Shown here: positions 55,412 through 63,380 of the stretch, in pieces | Numbering within the stretch: the first letter of the stretch is position 1 | Layout: every line of letters starts with the position of its first letter | Origin: an uncultured Spirochaetaceae bacterium | Lineage (GTDB): Bacteria > Spirochaetota > Spirochaetia > Sphaerochaetales > Sphaerochaetaceae | Reading direction: 5' to 3' | DNA length: 64,000 nt | Assembly: GCA_944389275.1 (NCBI GenBank) | Contig: CALXLT010000039.1 | Coordinates: 1,493 to 65,492 of the forward strand | The notes under the pieces: model-generated | What the model was told of the DNA's origin: nothing | Seen by the model: only the letters and a program-made list of their open reading frames with translations | The model's database searches: none | Translations under genes and position numbers: made by a program

Positions 55412-55426
55412 TGTTTTCCTCCTTGA

Positions 55427-55543
55427 TTATTTTTGCTCAAAAGCCCAGTCGATGAATGACATAACGGCTCCGAACCATGCTATGACCGATGGAATTGGAA
55501 AGCCTATCAGATGAAGCCCGAACAAAACCCAAAGCAGTACCAT
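55427..55543 (-). CDS. 38-aa single-TM micro-ORF
   Basis: ATG overlaps the upstream TGA (TGATG). MVLLWVLFGLHLIGFPIPSVIAWFGAVMSFIDWAFEQK. Fills an otherwise non-coding 131-nt gap. Confidence 0.4.
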   Translation of the reverse strand: MVLLWVLFGLHLIGFPIPSVIAWFGAVMSFIDWAFEQK

Positions 55544-55752
55544 CACTCAACCTCCTTCTGTTCCCTGATCCATTCCAGCATCTTCGCAAAGCAGTTCTTG
55601 CATATATCCAGATGTCCGTCTTTTCCCAACTCCTTATACTCCCAATCAGGGAAACCAAAGACATGCTTCCGAATCCAGCCGATCTTAGGGATCTCTATGC
55701 CTGTCTCAAGCTTTCCGCCGCATATATCGCAGCGGTACTCAGATACCTTCAT
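55543..55752 (-). CDS. Small zinc-ribbon protein
   Basis: MKVSEYRCDICGGKL...HLDICKNCFAKM (CxxC...CxxC). Start at Met8 is coupled to the upstream stop. Confidence 0.6.
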   Translation of the reverse strand: MKVSEYRCDICGGKLETGIEIPKIGWIRKHVFGFPDWEYKELGKDGHLDICKNCFAKMLEWIREQKEVE

Positions 55753-56174
55753 CACTTCGCCTCCACGATGCACTTGCTGTAGTCGATGTTGCCGTCAGCA
55801 TCCTTGTACTCGGAGAGGTCGATATCGACCCTCAAATCCTCAGATACGGCTATCACAAAAAAGACAGCATCCGCTTCGCTCCACACGCTATATGTTTCGA
55901 AATACGAAGGCTTTTTTGCGTACATGCGTAGGAATAGCTCAACTCCACTTCTGTGCGCCGTCAGATACTTGAACCTGAATATCTTTTTCAGCTCTATAGC
56001 CAGCTCTCTGAGCGTCAACTTGTCGGGATTTCCGACAGGTTCGTTATCAACTTCATCAAGGATCTCTGTTGCTCTGCACAAAGCATCTTCCCATCCTGCC
56101 TCATAGTCACTACCGAAAAATCTAGAACCACTATCAAGCTCCTTGATTATCTTCTTTGCTTCCTCAAGCGTCAT
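55752..56174 (-). CDS. Hypothetical phage protein
   Basis: AAGGAGG-N6-ATG at 56174 (MTLEEAKKIIKELD...). Confidence 0.6.
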   Translation of the reverse strand: MTLEEAKKIIKELDSGSRFFGSDYEAGWEDALCRATEILDEVDNEPVGNPDKLTLRELAIELKKIFRFKYLTAHRSGVELFLRMYAKKPSYFETYSVWSEADAVFFVIAVSEDLRVDIDLSEYKDADGNIDYSKCIVEAK

Positions 56175-56424
56175 GATCTGCCTCCTTGGTTGTGACATCA
56201 ATACGTAAAGGATTTCCTTGATGCTCCATCATCTGATTGAATTTTCTTGAAAACACGTTCAACGCCTTCTTACCGTCTTCAACCTCTATCTCTGACAAGA
56301 TCGAAGAGAAGGCTATTAGCATGCACCAGAGAGCCCTATTGGCATCGAACATGCCGTCAGCGCTCTTGAATATGCGTATGAAATCAAGAACATCTATCAG
56401 GGCGTCCTGCTCCTTATCTTTCAT
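56164..56424 (-). CDS. Hypothetical phage protein
   Basis: ATGA coupling with the upstream gene. No family recognised. Confidence 0.55.
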   Translation of the reverse strand: MKDKEQDALIDVLDFIRIFKSADGMFDANRALWCMLIAFSSILSEIEVEDGKKALNVFSRKFNQMMEHQGNPLRIDVTTKEADHDA

Positions 56425-56618
56425 GATTCCTCCTTCTCCTTCATCGCCTCAGTGCAGAGCCTTGCAACGCAGTCTGCACAGGCATCGATGACCATATCTC
56501 CCTTATGCACCGAGCCAAGGACCGTGCCATGCCATAGATCCATATGGATCTCTACAGGCTTGTCCTTTGCTGTCCCCTTGATCTCCTTCCCGCAAAGGTC
56601 ACAGTAGGTCTTCTTCAT
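56421..56618 (-). CDS. Small zinc-ribbon protein (second copy of this architecture)
   Basis: MKKTYCDLCGKEI...VIDACADCVARL. ATGA coupling on both sides. Confidence 0.6.
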   Translation of the reverse strand: MKKTYCDLCGKEIKGTAKDKPVEIHMDLWHGTVLGSVHKGDMVIDACADCVARLCTEAMKEKEES

Positions 56619-57223
56619 CGTTCTCCTCCTTCAATCTGCGGAACCCATGAACCATCCGGAAGCTGCTTTGTCTTATCCTCAATCTGGAGCGGCTCTATAA
56701 CGCCTTCCTTCTCAGCTTCCCTGAACATGTCGAGCTGATCGTCTTCCTTCCTCTTTCCTTCCCTGGCATAGAGGTAGGCTTCTTCAAGGACCTTCTCGCA
56801 TTGGTCTATCTCATCATCCGTAAGCGCCCAGAGATAATCCTCCGGCTCATGGCGCTGGAATCCATACTGGTCTTCTTCATCGAAGAATCCATCTGAAGGC
56901 ACTGTAAGGGTTGATGATTTCACCTTCAGATCCGTATGCGTACCAGGGCAATGGATGATAGCAGAGATCACGAAGCCATAGCTGTCCTTCGTATCCTTCT
57001 TCTTCAGCCCTGTGACTATGCAGCGACCTCCAAGCGATGGAAGCTCCATATGATCCAGGAAGATATCCCTAAGGCCCGTAAGGGCATTCACGAAATCCTG
57101 ATGCGGCTTATCTGTAGCATCCAGTGTCTCTGTCTCTCCATTTGCCGTATCCCAGAGCTCAACGGTCATGACCCTGCCGTCATATTCAGCTCTCATAGCT
57201 TCAAGTTCTCTTTCCTCGCTCAT
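56615..57223 (-). CDS. Hypothetical phage protein
   Basis: ORF 56615..57256. GGAAGGAG SD before ATG 57223 (MSEERELEAMRAEY...). Confidence 0.6.
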   Translation of the reverse strand: MSEERELEAMRAEYDGRVMTVELWDTANGETETLDATDKPHQDFVNALTGLRDIFLDHMELPSLGGRCIVTGLKKKDTKDSYGFVISAIIHCPGTHTDLKVKSSTLTVPSDGFFDEEDQYGFQRHEPEDYLWALTDDEIDQCEKVLEEAYLYAREGKRKEDDQLDMFREAEKEGVIEPLQIEDKTKQLPDGSWVPQIEGGER

Positions 57224-57227
57224 ATCA

Positions 57228-57320
57228 CTACTCCTTCCAGTCGTGTTTCCATGCACCGATAATCAATGCAATCCCGATTGCCGCTGCTGCGATAATGCAG
57301 CAGATTCTGAATGCGCTCAT
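57228..57320 (-). CDS. 30-aa single-TM micro-ORF
   Basis: GGAGGAAAGT-ATG, ATGA-coupled to the VRR-NUC stop. MSAFRICCIIAAAAIGIALIIGAWKHDWKE. Confidence 0.45.
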   Translation of the reverse strand: MSAFRICCIIAAAAIGIALIIGAWKHDWKE

Positions 57321-57658
57321 ACTTTCCTCCTATGCCATTCGATGATGGCCTCGACTTCCTCTACTGAATGAGCCAGGTCATAGCTCACTCCGTACTCCCT
57401 GCATCTGCCCTCGAAGAGCATCTGCTCCTTCGACTGCTTCCCGCCTGGCTTCTTCATCTCCAGGTACCCGATGCCATCCGGCCACCAGACGATGAGGTCA
57501 GCCACGCCCTTCCGCAAGCCAAGCGCGATGAGCTGCGTGGTCCTGATCATGTCAGAGCCAGCGCCCTCATTCGGGATACTGTGGCAGAAGATCCTCTCCC
57601 GCTGCAGCAGCTGCACTACCTCAGCCTGTATCTGGGCTTCAGACTTTTGTTGCTTCAT
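57317..57658 (-). CDS. VRR-NUC domain nuclease
   Basis: ORF 57317..57790. AGAAGGAGGG SD before ATG 57658. SEAQIQAEVVQLL...GVADLIVWWPDGIGYLEMKKPGGKQSKEQ (D...E-x-K). Confidence 0.8.
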   Translation of the reverse strand: MKQQKSEAQIQAEVVQLLQRERIFCHSIPNEGAGSDMIRTTQLIALGLRKGVADLIVWWPDGIGYLEMKKPGGKQSKEQMLFEGRCREYGVSYDLAHSVEEVEAIIEWHRRKV

Positions 57659-57819
57659 ATGGTTTTTCCCTCCTTCTCTTCCGCAACTTCCTGCCCCTTG
57701 CACCACTGGCAACATGGGTAACACTCTCTTAAGAGAGAGTGTGTTACCCCTCGTGTTGCCGAATGCGTGCAGTAGCAACAGGAGCAACATGTTCCGTTTG
57801 TTGCCTTAATGTTGCTCAT
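57655..57819 (-). CDS. Possible 54-aa cysteine-rich micro-protein (9 Cys)
   Basis: MSNIKATNGTCCSCCYCTHSATRGVTHSLLRECYPCCQWCKGQEVAEEKEGKTI. GAGGG SD. Stop is ATGA-coupled to VRR-NUC. Exactly fills the only sizeable gap in this operon. Confidence 0.45.
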   Translation of the reverse strand: MSNIKATNGTCCSCCYCTHSATRGVTHSLLRECYPCCQWCKGQEVAEEKEGKTI

Positions 57820-57824
57820 GTTGC
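57708..57824. repeat. Cluster of TGTTGC / GCAACA hexamers around an imperfect 34-bp palindrome
   Basis: GCAACA at 57709, 57774 and 57784. TGTTGC at 57754, 57799, 57810 and 57819. Palindrome GGGTAACAC..GTGTTACCC at 57716-57749. Confidence 0.7.
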
Positions 57825-59767
57825 TTACCCTCTTTCTCAAGCAGGAGACAGGCCGTGATATCGGCCCTGTTCACGATGTAAACCTGCTCCTCCTCGACCG
57901 TTATCCTGCCGCTGTCCAGGAGCTTTCTGAGGAAGCGCGTATTGGGCTCGCTGTAGAAAGCGCTCTTGATCTTGCTCTTGCTCCACTCCAGCTCCTCCTT
58001 CATGTAGGACCTGAGCTCGCCCTTGGTGAGAGCGGGGTATCCGTTCCTCATGCCGCAGCCTGACCAGAGCCAGGCATCGGTGAGGATCGCCATCTCCTCG
58101 CCGGCAGGAAGCGTCTCAGGCATGTCGCGCTCTGCTTCCTCGATGCTCTCTACAACGGCGCTCCTGACCTGCTCCCCATCCTCATCGAACCAGCCATCGA
58201 TGTCGGCTCCCTTCAGATGGACCTGAAGCGGGGGAAGCTTCTCTATGTCCCTCTGCTTCGTCTGGTTCAGCGTCAGGTAGCCGTCCTCATTGGTGACGCA
58301 GATCGCCGTCTCTATGGCTGCATTCAGTGATGACGAGCCCCTAGCCCTGCCCTCGGCATCCTTCGATACCCCGGTGTGATGGATGATGATCACGGTGCAG
58401 CGATAGCGCTCCTGGAGAGCTGTGCAGCTCTCGATGAACCCGCCCATCTCCTCCGCATCGTTCTCATTGCCGGAGAAATGCCTGTTGAGCGTATCAACGA
58501 CAATCACATCAGGCTTCATCCCTGAAAGGTCTATCTGCGCGCAGGCATATTCCAGGTCAGACTGCTCATTGAGCCGCTTAGGGCCCTTTGATACCTTGAA
58601 AGCACCCGTTGTCGTCCCTTTATGTTCCTGCACCCAACAAGCTACACGCCCCCTTAGTCCCGCTCGGCCCTCGCCGCAGAGATACAGGCAGTTCGCCTTC
58701 TTGGCTCTGAAGCCCTGCCAGGAACCAAGGCCGGTGGACATCGCCAGGAGCATATCGAGCGCAACGAAGCTCTTGCCTGCATTGCTCGCGCCGTAGATCA
58801 TCACCAGCGCCTCCTCAGGGAGCCAGTTCTTTATCCACCACTTGATAGGCTGCGGGGATCTCAGATACTCATCGCCATCCTCTATCCATTCGGATGCTGA
58901 TGGGCAGAGGAGCTCCCTCAGGGCGTCCGCCCCATGCTCCGCTACGTAGTCATTGGCATCCATGCCTGGCTCAGGGATAAGCACGTAATAGAGCCCGGTC
59001 TCCTTGGCGCATTCCAGTCCTGGATTGGCTCCGGATTCCTTCTCGTCATTGTCGGCAACGCATATCAGCCTCACCCTGTCCCTCAGTGCGTCCGCGACTG
59101 GCTTCAGGTTGTGGCAGTCGAATGCGATGACAACGGGAATCCCCGTGGCCTCATAGATGCTGGCTCCGGTGGCATAGCCCTCGCAGAGGAAGGCCTTGTC
59201 CTGAAGCTCCCCGATGACACAGTAACAGCCCTTCTTCTCTCCGCCTGCCATGAAGCGCTTCCGTCCGTCCGGATAGATGCGCTCAAGGCTGCGGATAGCG
59301 CCTGCAGCGTTGTAGAGAGGCAGGGCAATGCAGTCGCTGGTCTCTTCGTAGCGCGCAATGCCGTGGCTATGGATGCGTTTCTTCACGAAGTAAGGAAAAT
59401 CATCAGAAGCCGCGGGAAGAGAGGCGTAGAGCGCAGCAGCAGCGTCCGCTACCCTGTCCTGCTCTGCCTTTATCTCCTCATCTCTCCTCTTCCTGGATTC
59501 CTCCACCTCGCGCCGGATCTCAGGCGTGATCTCCTTCTTCTCCTTATTGACCCATTCGTATCTCTGTCCGGAGATCCATGAGCCATAGAGCGCGACCACG
59601 CAGTGCTCATTGACGTAGTAGACGCACCAGCCTGCCTTATCTCCCCTCTTCTTCACATCGAAGCGGATGAATGAGCCAGGAGTGTCAGGAAGCGTGATAA
59701 GGACGCCCATATCGCTCTGGATGGACCTTTCGATATCACTTACCGAGTATTCGTTTCCTGTGCTCAT
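57806..59767 (-). CDS. Bifunctional primase-helicase (Toprim primase domain plus AAA_25/RepA-like RecA-fold ATPase)
   Basis: Toprim: LCEGYATGASIYEATGIPVVIAFDCHNL...CVADNDE. Walker A GASNAGKSF. Walker B VIVVDTLNRH. HHTGVSKDAEGRARGSS. Confidence 0.8.
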   Translation of the reverse strand: MSTGNEYSVSDIERSIQSDMGVLITLPDTPGSFIRFDVKKRGDKAGWCVYYVNEHCVVALYGSWISGQRYEWVNKEKKEITPEIRREVEESRKRRDEEIKAEQDRVADAAAALYASLPAASDDFPYFVKKRIHSHGIARYEETSDCIALPLYNAAGAIRSLERIYPDGRKRFMAGGEKKGCYCVIGELQDKAFLCEGYATGASIYEATGIPVVIAFDCHNLKPVADALRDRVRLICVADNDEKESGANPGLECAKETGLYYVLIPEPGMDANDYVAEHGADALRELLCPSASEWIEDGDEYLRSPQPIKWWIKNWLPEEALVMIYGASNAGKSFVALDMLLAMSTGLGSWQGFRAKKANCLYLCGEGRAGLRGRVACWVQEHKGTTTGAFKVSKGPKRLNEQSDLEYACAQIDLSGMKPDVIVVDTLNRHFSGNENDAEEMGGFIESCTALQERYRCTVIIIHHTGVSKDAEGRARGSSSLNAAIETAICVTNEDGYLTLNQTKQRDIEKLPPLQVHLKGADIDGWFDEDGEQVRSAVVESIEEAERDMPETLPAGEEMAILTDAWLWSGCGMRNGYPALTKGELRSYMKEELEWSKSKIKSAFYSEPNTRFLRKLLDSGRITVEEEQVYIVNRADITACLLLEKEGKQHEQH

Positions 59768-61403
59768 CAGCTTCCTCCTTGAGCTTCCTTGCCTGTTCCT
59801 CGATCCGCCTCACATCCTCCGGCCAGAACTCATTGACGATGCGCTCATACCGCGGGTTCTTCCTGTCACGCTGCGTCACGATGATCTCCGGATGGTCATG
59901 CCTGGATATCTCCGCCAGGATCTCCTCCCAGCCCCAGTCAGGCTGGATGGCTACGCCGAGCTTCCTGGCAATGGCCATGAGGTCATCCCGGCCCTTCTTG
60001 CCGGCCCAGCCCTCGTGCCATACGCAGTAGAACCGCTTCGGCGATCTGTTATCCACAGTCCTGTATTCGCAGACGATCATAGGCAGCGCGTTCTTCCTGG
60101 ATTTCGTGATGAGCCACATCCATGTGAAGCACCTGTGAGCCGTCAGCCCGTCTCCATTGACATCGCCATCGAAGAGGATCCATGTCATGTCGTTCTTCGG
60201 GAACTCGTAGCCGCATGCAGGGCATACCCTTGCTGATGCGGATACGATCTCAAGGCATTCCGGGCACTCCTTGCACGGAGCCACCCCGCCCCTTCCCTCG
60301 CCCTTCCTTGATGGAGGGGCCACATATGCCAAAGGGCCATGGCGCTGCACATTGCCGGCGAAGTCCAGCACAAGGCAGTCCTTGTTCTCCTCGGTCTTCA
60401 GCCTCAGTCCCCGTCCAAGCTCCTGGCTATACAGCCCGGGTGACATGGTCGGCCGGAGCATCACAATCATGTCGATATCCGGATAGTCAAAGCCGGTTGT
60501 CAGGAGCTGCACATTGGTGAGCGCAGTGATATGGCCATGGGTGAAGCGATAGAGGATATCCTCCCTCGTGTCCCTGTCCATGCTTCCGTTTATATCCTCT
60601 GATTTCATTCCTTTCTCAGAAAGCATTTCCGCTATATGCCTGGCATGCTCGATGCCGCTGCAGAAGATGAGGATATGGTGCCTATTGTAGTAGGCAGCTG
60701 ACCTTATGATCTCATCGGTCACCGCATCGTTGGTGTCATAGACATCGAACACGTCCTGCATTTCGCTCTCTACGAACTCGCCTCCGCGGAGGTGGAGCGC
60801 GGAGCAGTCAAGCTTGGTGAAGGTGCCCTTGCTTCTCAGCTTGGCCAGATATCCCATGTTCTGCAGGTCCAGCACGGATACCTCGCTGATGAGGGCAGAG
60901 AACAGCCCCTCTCCATCGGTGAGATATCCCTGCCCCATCCTGTAAGGAGTCGCTGTCAGGCCTATGACGCGGCGGCATGCTCCCTTGAGGAAGTTCCTGT
61001 ACATGCCCTCGTCGTTGTTGTTGATGAGATGGGCCTCATCGACGAGGATTATGTTCCAGAAGCCCCCGGCCTTCTTGTAGATTGACTGTATCGAGGCAAA
61101 GGTCACCGGCTGCGCCATGTCCTTCGAGCCAAGGGAGGCGCTGTATATGCCGATGGAGACATCAGGCAGGAGCCTGTGCAGCTGCCGGGCATCCTGCTCG
61201 ATTAGCTCCTTCTGGTGAGTGAGGACAAGGATCCTGGTATCAGGCCAGTTCCTAAGGGTCTCCTCTATGAAGCCTGCTATCACCAGGCTCTTGCCAGCTC
61301 CTGTCGGGAGCACCACGCAGGGATTCCCTTGTGGATTGGCATAGAGCCAGTCAAAAAGCGATCTCAGTGTCTTCTTCTGATAGCCTCTTAATTCCAGCGG
61401 CAC
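59736..61403 (-). CDS. SF2 DEAH-box helicase with C-terminal zinc ribbon
   Basis: RGYQ, LPTGAGKS, VDEAH, GLTATPYR, QELGRGLR motifs. CKECPEC...CPACG. Confidence 0.85.
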   Translation of the reverse strand: MPLELRGYQKKTLRSLFDWLYANPQGNPCVVLPTGAGKSLVIAGFIEETLRNWPDTRILVLTHQKELIEQDARQLHRLLPDVSIGIYSASLGSKDMAQPVTFASIQSIYKKAGGFWNIILVDEAHLINNNDEGMYRNFLKGACRRVIGLTATPYRMGQGYLTDGEGLFSALISEVSVLDLQNMGYLAKLRSKGTFTKLDCSALHLRGGEFVESEMQDVFDVYDTNDAVTDEIIRSAAYYNRHHILIFCSGIEHARHIAEMLSEKGMKSEDINGSMDRDTREDILYRFTHGHITALTNVQLLTTGFDYPDIDMIVMLRPTMSPGLYSQELGRGLRLKTEENKDCLVLDFAGNVQRHGPLAYVAPPSRKGEGRGGVAPCKECPECLEIVSASARVCPACGYEFPKNDMTWILFDGDVNGDGLTAHRCFTWMWLITKSRKNALPMIVCEYRTVDNRSPKRFYCVWHEGWAGKKGRDDLMAIARKLGVAIQPDWGWEEILAEISRHDHPEIIVTQRDRKNPRYERIVNEFWPEDVRRIEEQARKLKEEADEHRKRILGK

Positions 61404-62427
61404 TTGATGCCCCTCCTATTATCGCGTCCAGGATCTCCCTGGATGAATATCCGTCAGCTCCGTTGAGCACTATGTCGTCACCTAGCTCAGGAATCGAATA
61501 AGCCATGCTGCTCTCCGTATTCAGCCTGTCCGCTATAGCCCAGTCAGGCATCATATGCGGATGGAATACATGGCAGTACTGCTCCCTTCGCTGCGCCTCC
61601 ACAGGGATCTCCGAATGGCCGAAGAGCTCGCAGTAGCACTTCCCGTCCTTCCCCGCAGTGAAATGGGCGCAGGTCCGGCAGTTTATCTGCGGGAACGGCC
61701 TGTCGCCCTCTTCGCCATGGCAGAAGCCATAGAAGCGGCACAGCTTGCATTGGTACCAGTCAGGCCTTGATGACAGCTTCAGTGGGATGTGATCATCGGT
61801 TGCCGTCTCCTGCCCGCGCCTTATGATCTCCAAGGCATTGGCTTCATCGAGCCTCACGCGCTCGAAGTAATACTCATCAGTGTCCTTGTTGACGGCCACA
61901 TAGAGAGCGCGGTCCACCTGATGGCCGAAATGCCTTGAGGCCCCTATCATGCCGCACTGCATCTGAGCCCAGTGCATCGGCTTGGCTTCCTTCACGCCAC
62001 TCTTCAGGAGCTCGCGGAAGCTTTCGCTGCTGTGGGTCTTGAATTCTGCGATATGCTCCGTCTTGGGCGCTTCCGGGACCCCGCTCTTTATGAAGCCGTC
62101 AGGATGGCCGATGACATGGCTCCCGAAGTCGAACGTGAGCTGGTCATCAAGCACATGCTCTATGACGATGCCGGCACCCCTGAGGTCCTCCACGATCGTC
62201 TCCTCTTCACGCTTCCCCCTCCTGAAGAGCCGGTACATGCGCCCGGAGAAGAGCTCGAAGCTGAACCAGCGGAAATTGAGCCACAGGTACCTTGCGCACG
62301 GATGGCCTATGATGGACACGCCGAGATACGTGCGGGGAAGCTCGTTCGACAGCCTCCAGAAGGCGGCGTCATCGACCGCCTCCCGGAGTGCATTGGATAC
62401 ATTAGGATTGATGTCTACCTTAGCCAT
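61351..62427 (-). CDS. PD-(D/E)XK nuclease (Cas4/RecB-like) with Cys cluster
   Basis: GHPDG...IAEFKT (D...ExK). Downstream CKLCRFYGFCHG and CRTCAHF cysteines suggest an Fe-S/Zn site. Confidence 0.7.
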   Translation of the reverse strand: MAKVDINPNVSNALREAVDDAAFWRLSNELPRTYLGVSIIGHPCARYLWLNFRWFSFELFSGRMYRLFRRGKREEETIVEDLRGAGIVIEHVLDDQLTFDFGSHVIGHPDGFIKSGVPEAPKTEHIAEFKTHSSESFRELLKSGVKEAKPMHWAQMQCGMIGASRHFGHQVDRALYVAVNKDTDEYYFERVRLDEANALEIIRRGQETATDDHIPLKLSSRPDWYQCKLCRFYGFCHGEEGDRPFPQINCRTCAHFTAGKDGKCYCELFGHSEIPVEAQRREQYCHVFHPHMMPDWAIADRLNTESSMAYSIPELGDDIVLNGADGYSSREILDAIIGGASSAAGIKRLSEEDTEIAF

Positions 62428-62936
62428 CAGAACGGCCTCTTGGGTGGTTCCCTGTGAGCTGTCGCAGGCGCTGCGGCAACAGGAGCATCTGCATGGGTCT
62501 GCGGCCCTTTCCCTGGCGCGTGGCCATCAGAATAGAGATATGCCACGACCTGGTTGGTCTTGTTCGGATAGTCCTTGGTGCCATCCTGGACCTTGACCTT
62601 CACCTTGAGCGTCTTGTTCTTCAGCTCATCGGTATCGTTGAAGGTAGCGAGCCCGGTTACCTCAAGGAGATCTCCGAGCTGCGCCCTGCCGATATCGACA
62701 GCCTTCTGCGAGGGATTGGAGATCGTGATGTTCGCGAAGAACTTCCTCTCCTGGAACTCAGGGTTCCTGATGACCGTGAGCTCCATCCATATATACTGGC
62801 CATCCCCGTTCCTGGTTGTCTTGAGGTCCGCATCAGTGATCTGGACCTCATAGGTGCCGGCGGGAACCGGTTCGAAAGCGATATCCGCGCTGCGCGGAAG
62901 CTGGTCTGAATAGAATGTCTGACTGAGACGTGCCAT
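62427..62936 (-). CDS. DUF669-family phage ssDNA-binding protein
   Basis: FEPVPAGTYEVQITDADLKTTRNGDGQYIWMELTV... is the typical DUF669 N-terminus. Lies beside the AAA_24 ATPase, as in Sak4-type modules. Confidence 0.7.
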   Translation of the reverse strand: MARLSQTFYSDQLPRSADIAFEPVPAGTYEVQITDADLKTTRNGDGQYIWMELTVIRNPEFQERKFFANITISNPSQKAVDIGRAQLGDLLEVTGLATFNDTDELKNKTLKVKVKVQDGTKDYPNKTNQVVAYLYSDGHAPGKGPQTHADAPVAAAPATAHREPPKRPF

Positions 62937-63380
62937 TTATTCCTCCTCGCCCTCTGTTATGAGCGGCTTTATCTCGATCGATGTCTTGGCCCGCTTGGTG
63001 ACCATCGAGTCCTGCACGGCCTTCCTGGCTTCATCATCGAGGTCCCTGTAGATCTGAGCGCTGTAGTCGTACTTGACCGTGAAGAGCTCCTCAGGCTTCC
63101 GCCCTATATCCATGAGAGCCTCATCGGCCTTCTCCTTATCGACCTTGCGGGTGAGCTTGTAGACGAAGCCGACCTGATACCGGTCAGACCTCATCGATTC
63201 GGTTCCTTCGAAGTCAGAGGTAGGATCGATGTCGGAGAAGAGCTCGATGAGCTCCTTCTCCTGCTGGTACATGTAATCCTGAGTCGCCTTGATATGTGCC
63301 TTGCACTCAGCGATGTCCTGTACGATCTCGTTGAACCTTGCCAGCCTGTCCTGGCTTACTTCCTGTATCTGCTTAGCCAT
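62937..63380 (-). CDS. Hypothetical phage protein (coiled-coil)
   Basis: ORF 62937..63680 trimmed to ATG 63380 (GGAGGT SD, ATGGCTAA overlap with the upstream ATPase gene). MAKQIQEVSQDRLARFNEIV... Confidence 0.55.
   Translation of the reverse strand: MAKQIQEVSQDRLARFNEIVQDIAECKAHIKATQDYMYQQEKELIELFSDIDPTSDFEGTESMRSDRYQVGFVYKLTRKVDKEKADEALMDIGRKPEELFTVKYDYSAQIYRDLDDEARKAVQDSMVTKRAKTSIEIKPLITEGEEE

Noticed and set aside
57700-57830. Whether the short repeats (TGTTGC/GCAACA) form a CRISPR-like array
   Set aside because: The repeats are only 6 nt long, irregularly spaced and in both orientations. No cas genes are present. They are better explained as iterons or Cys-Cys codons (see findings).
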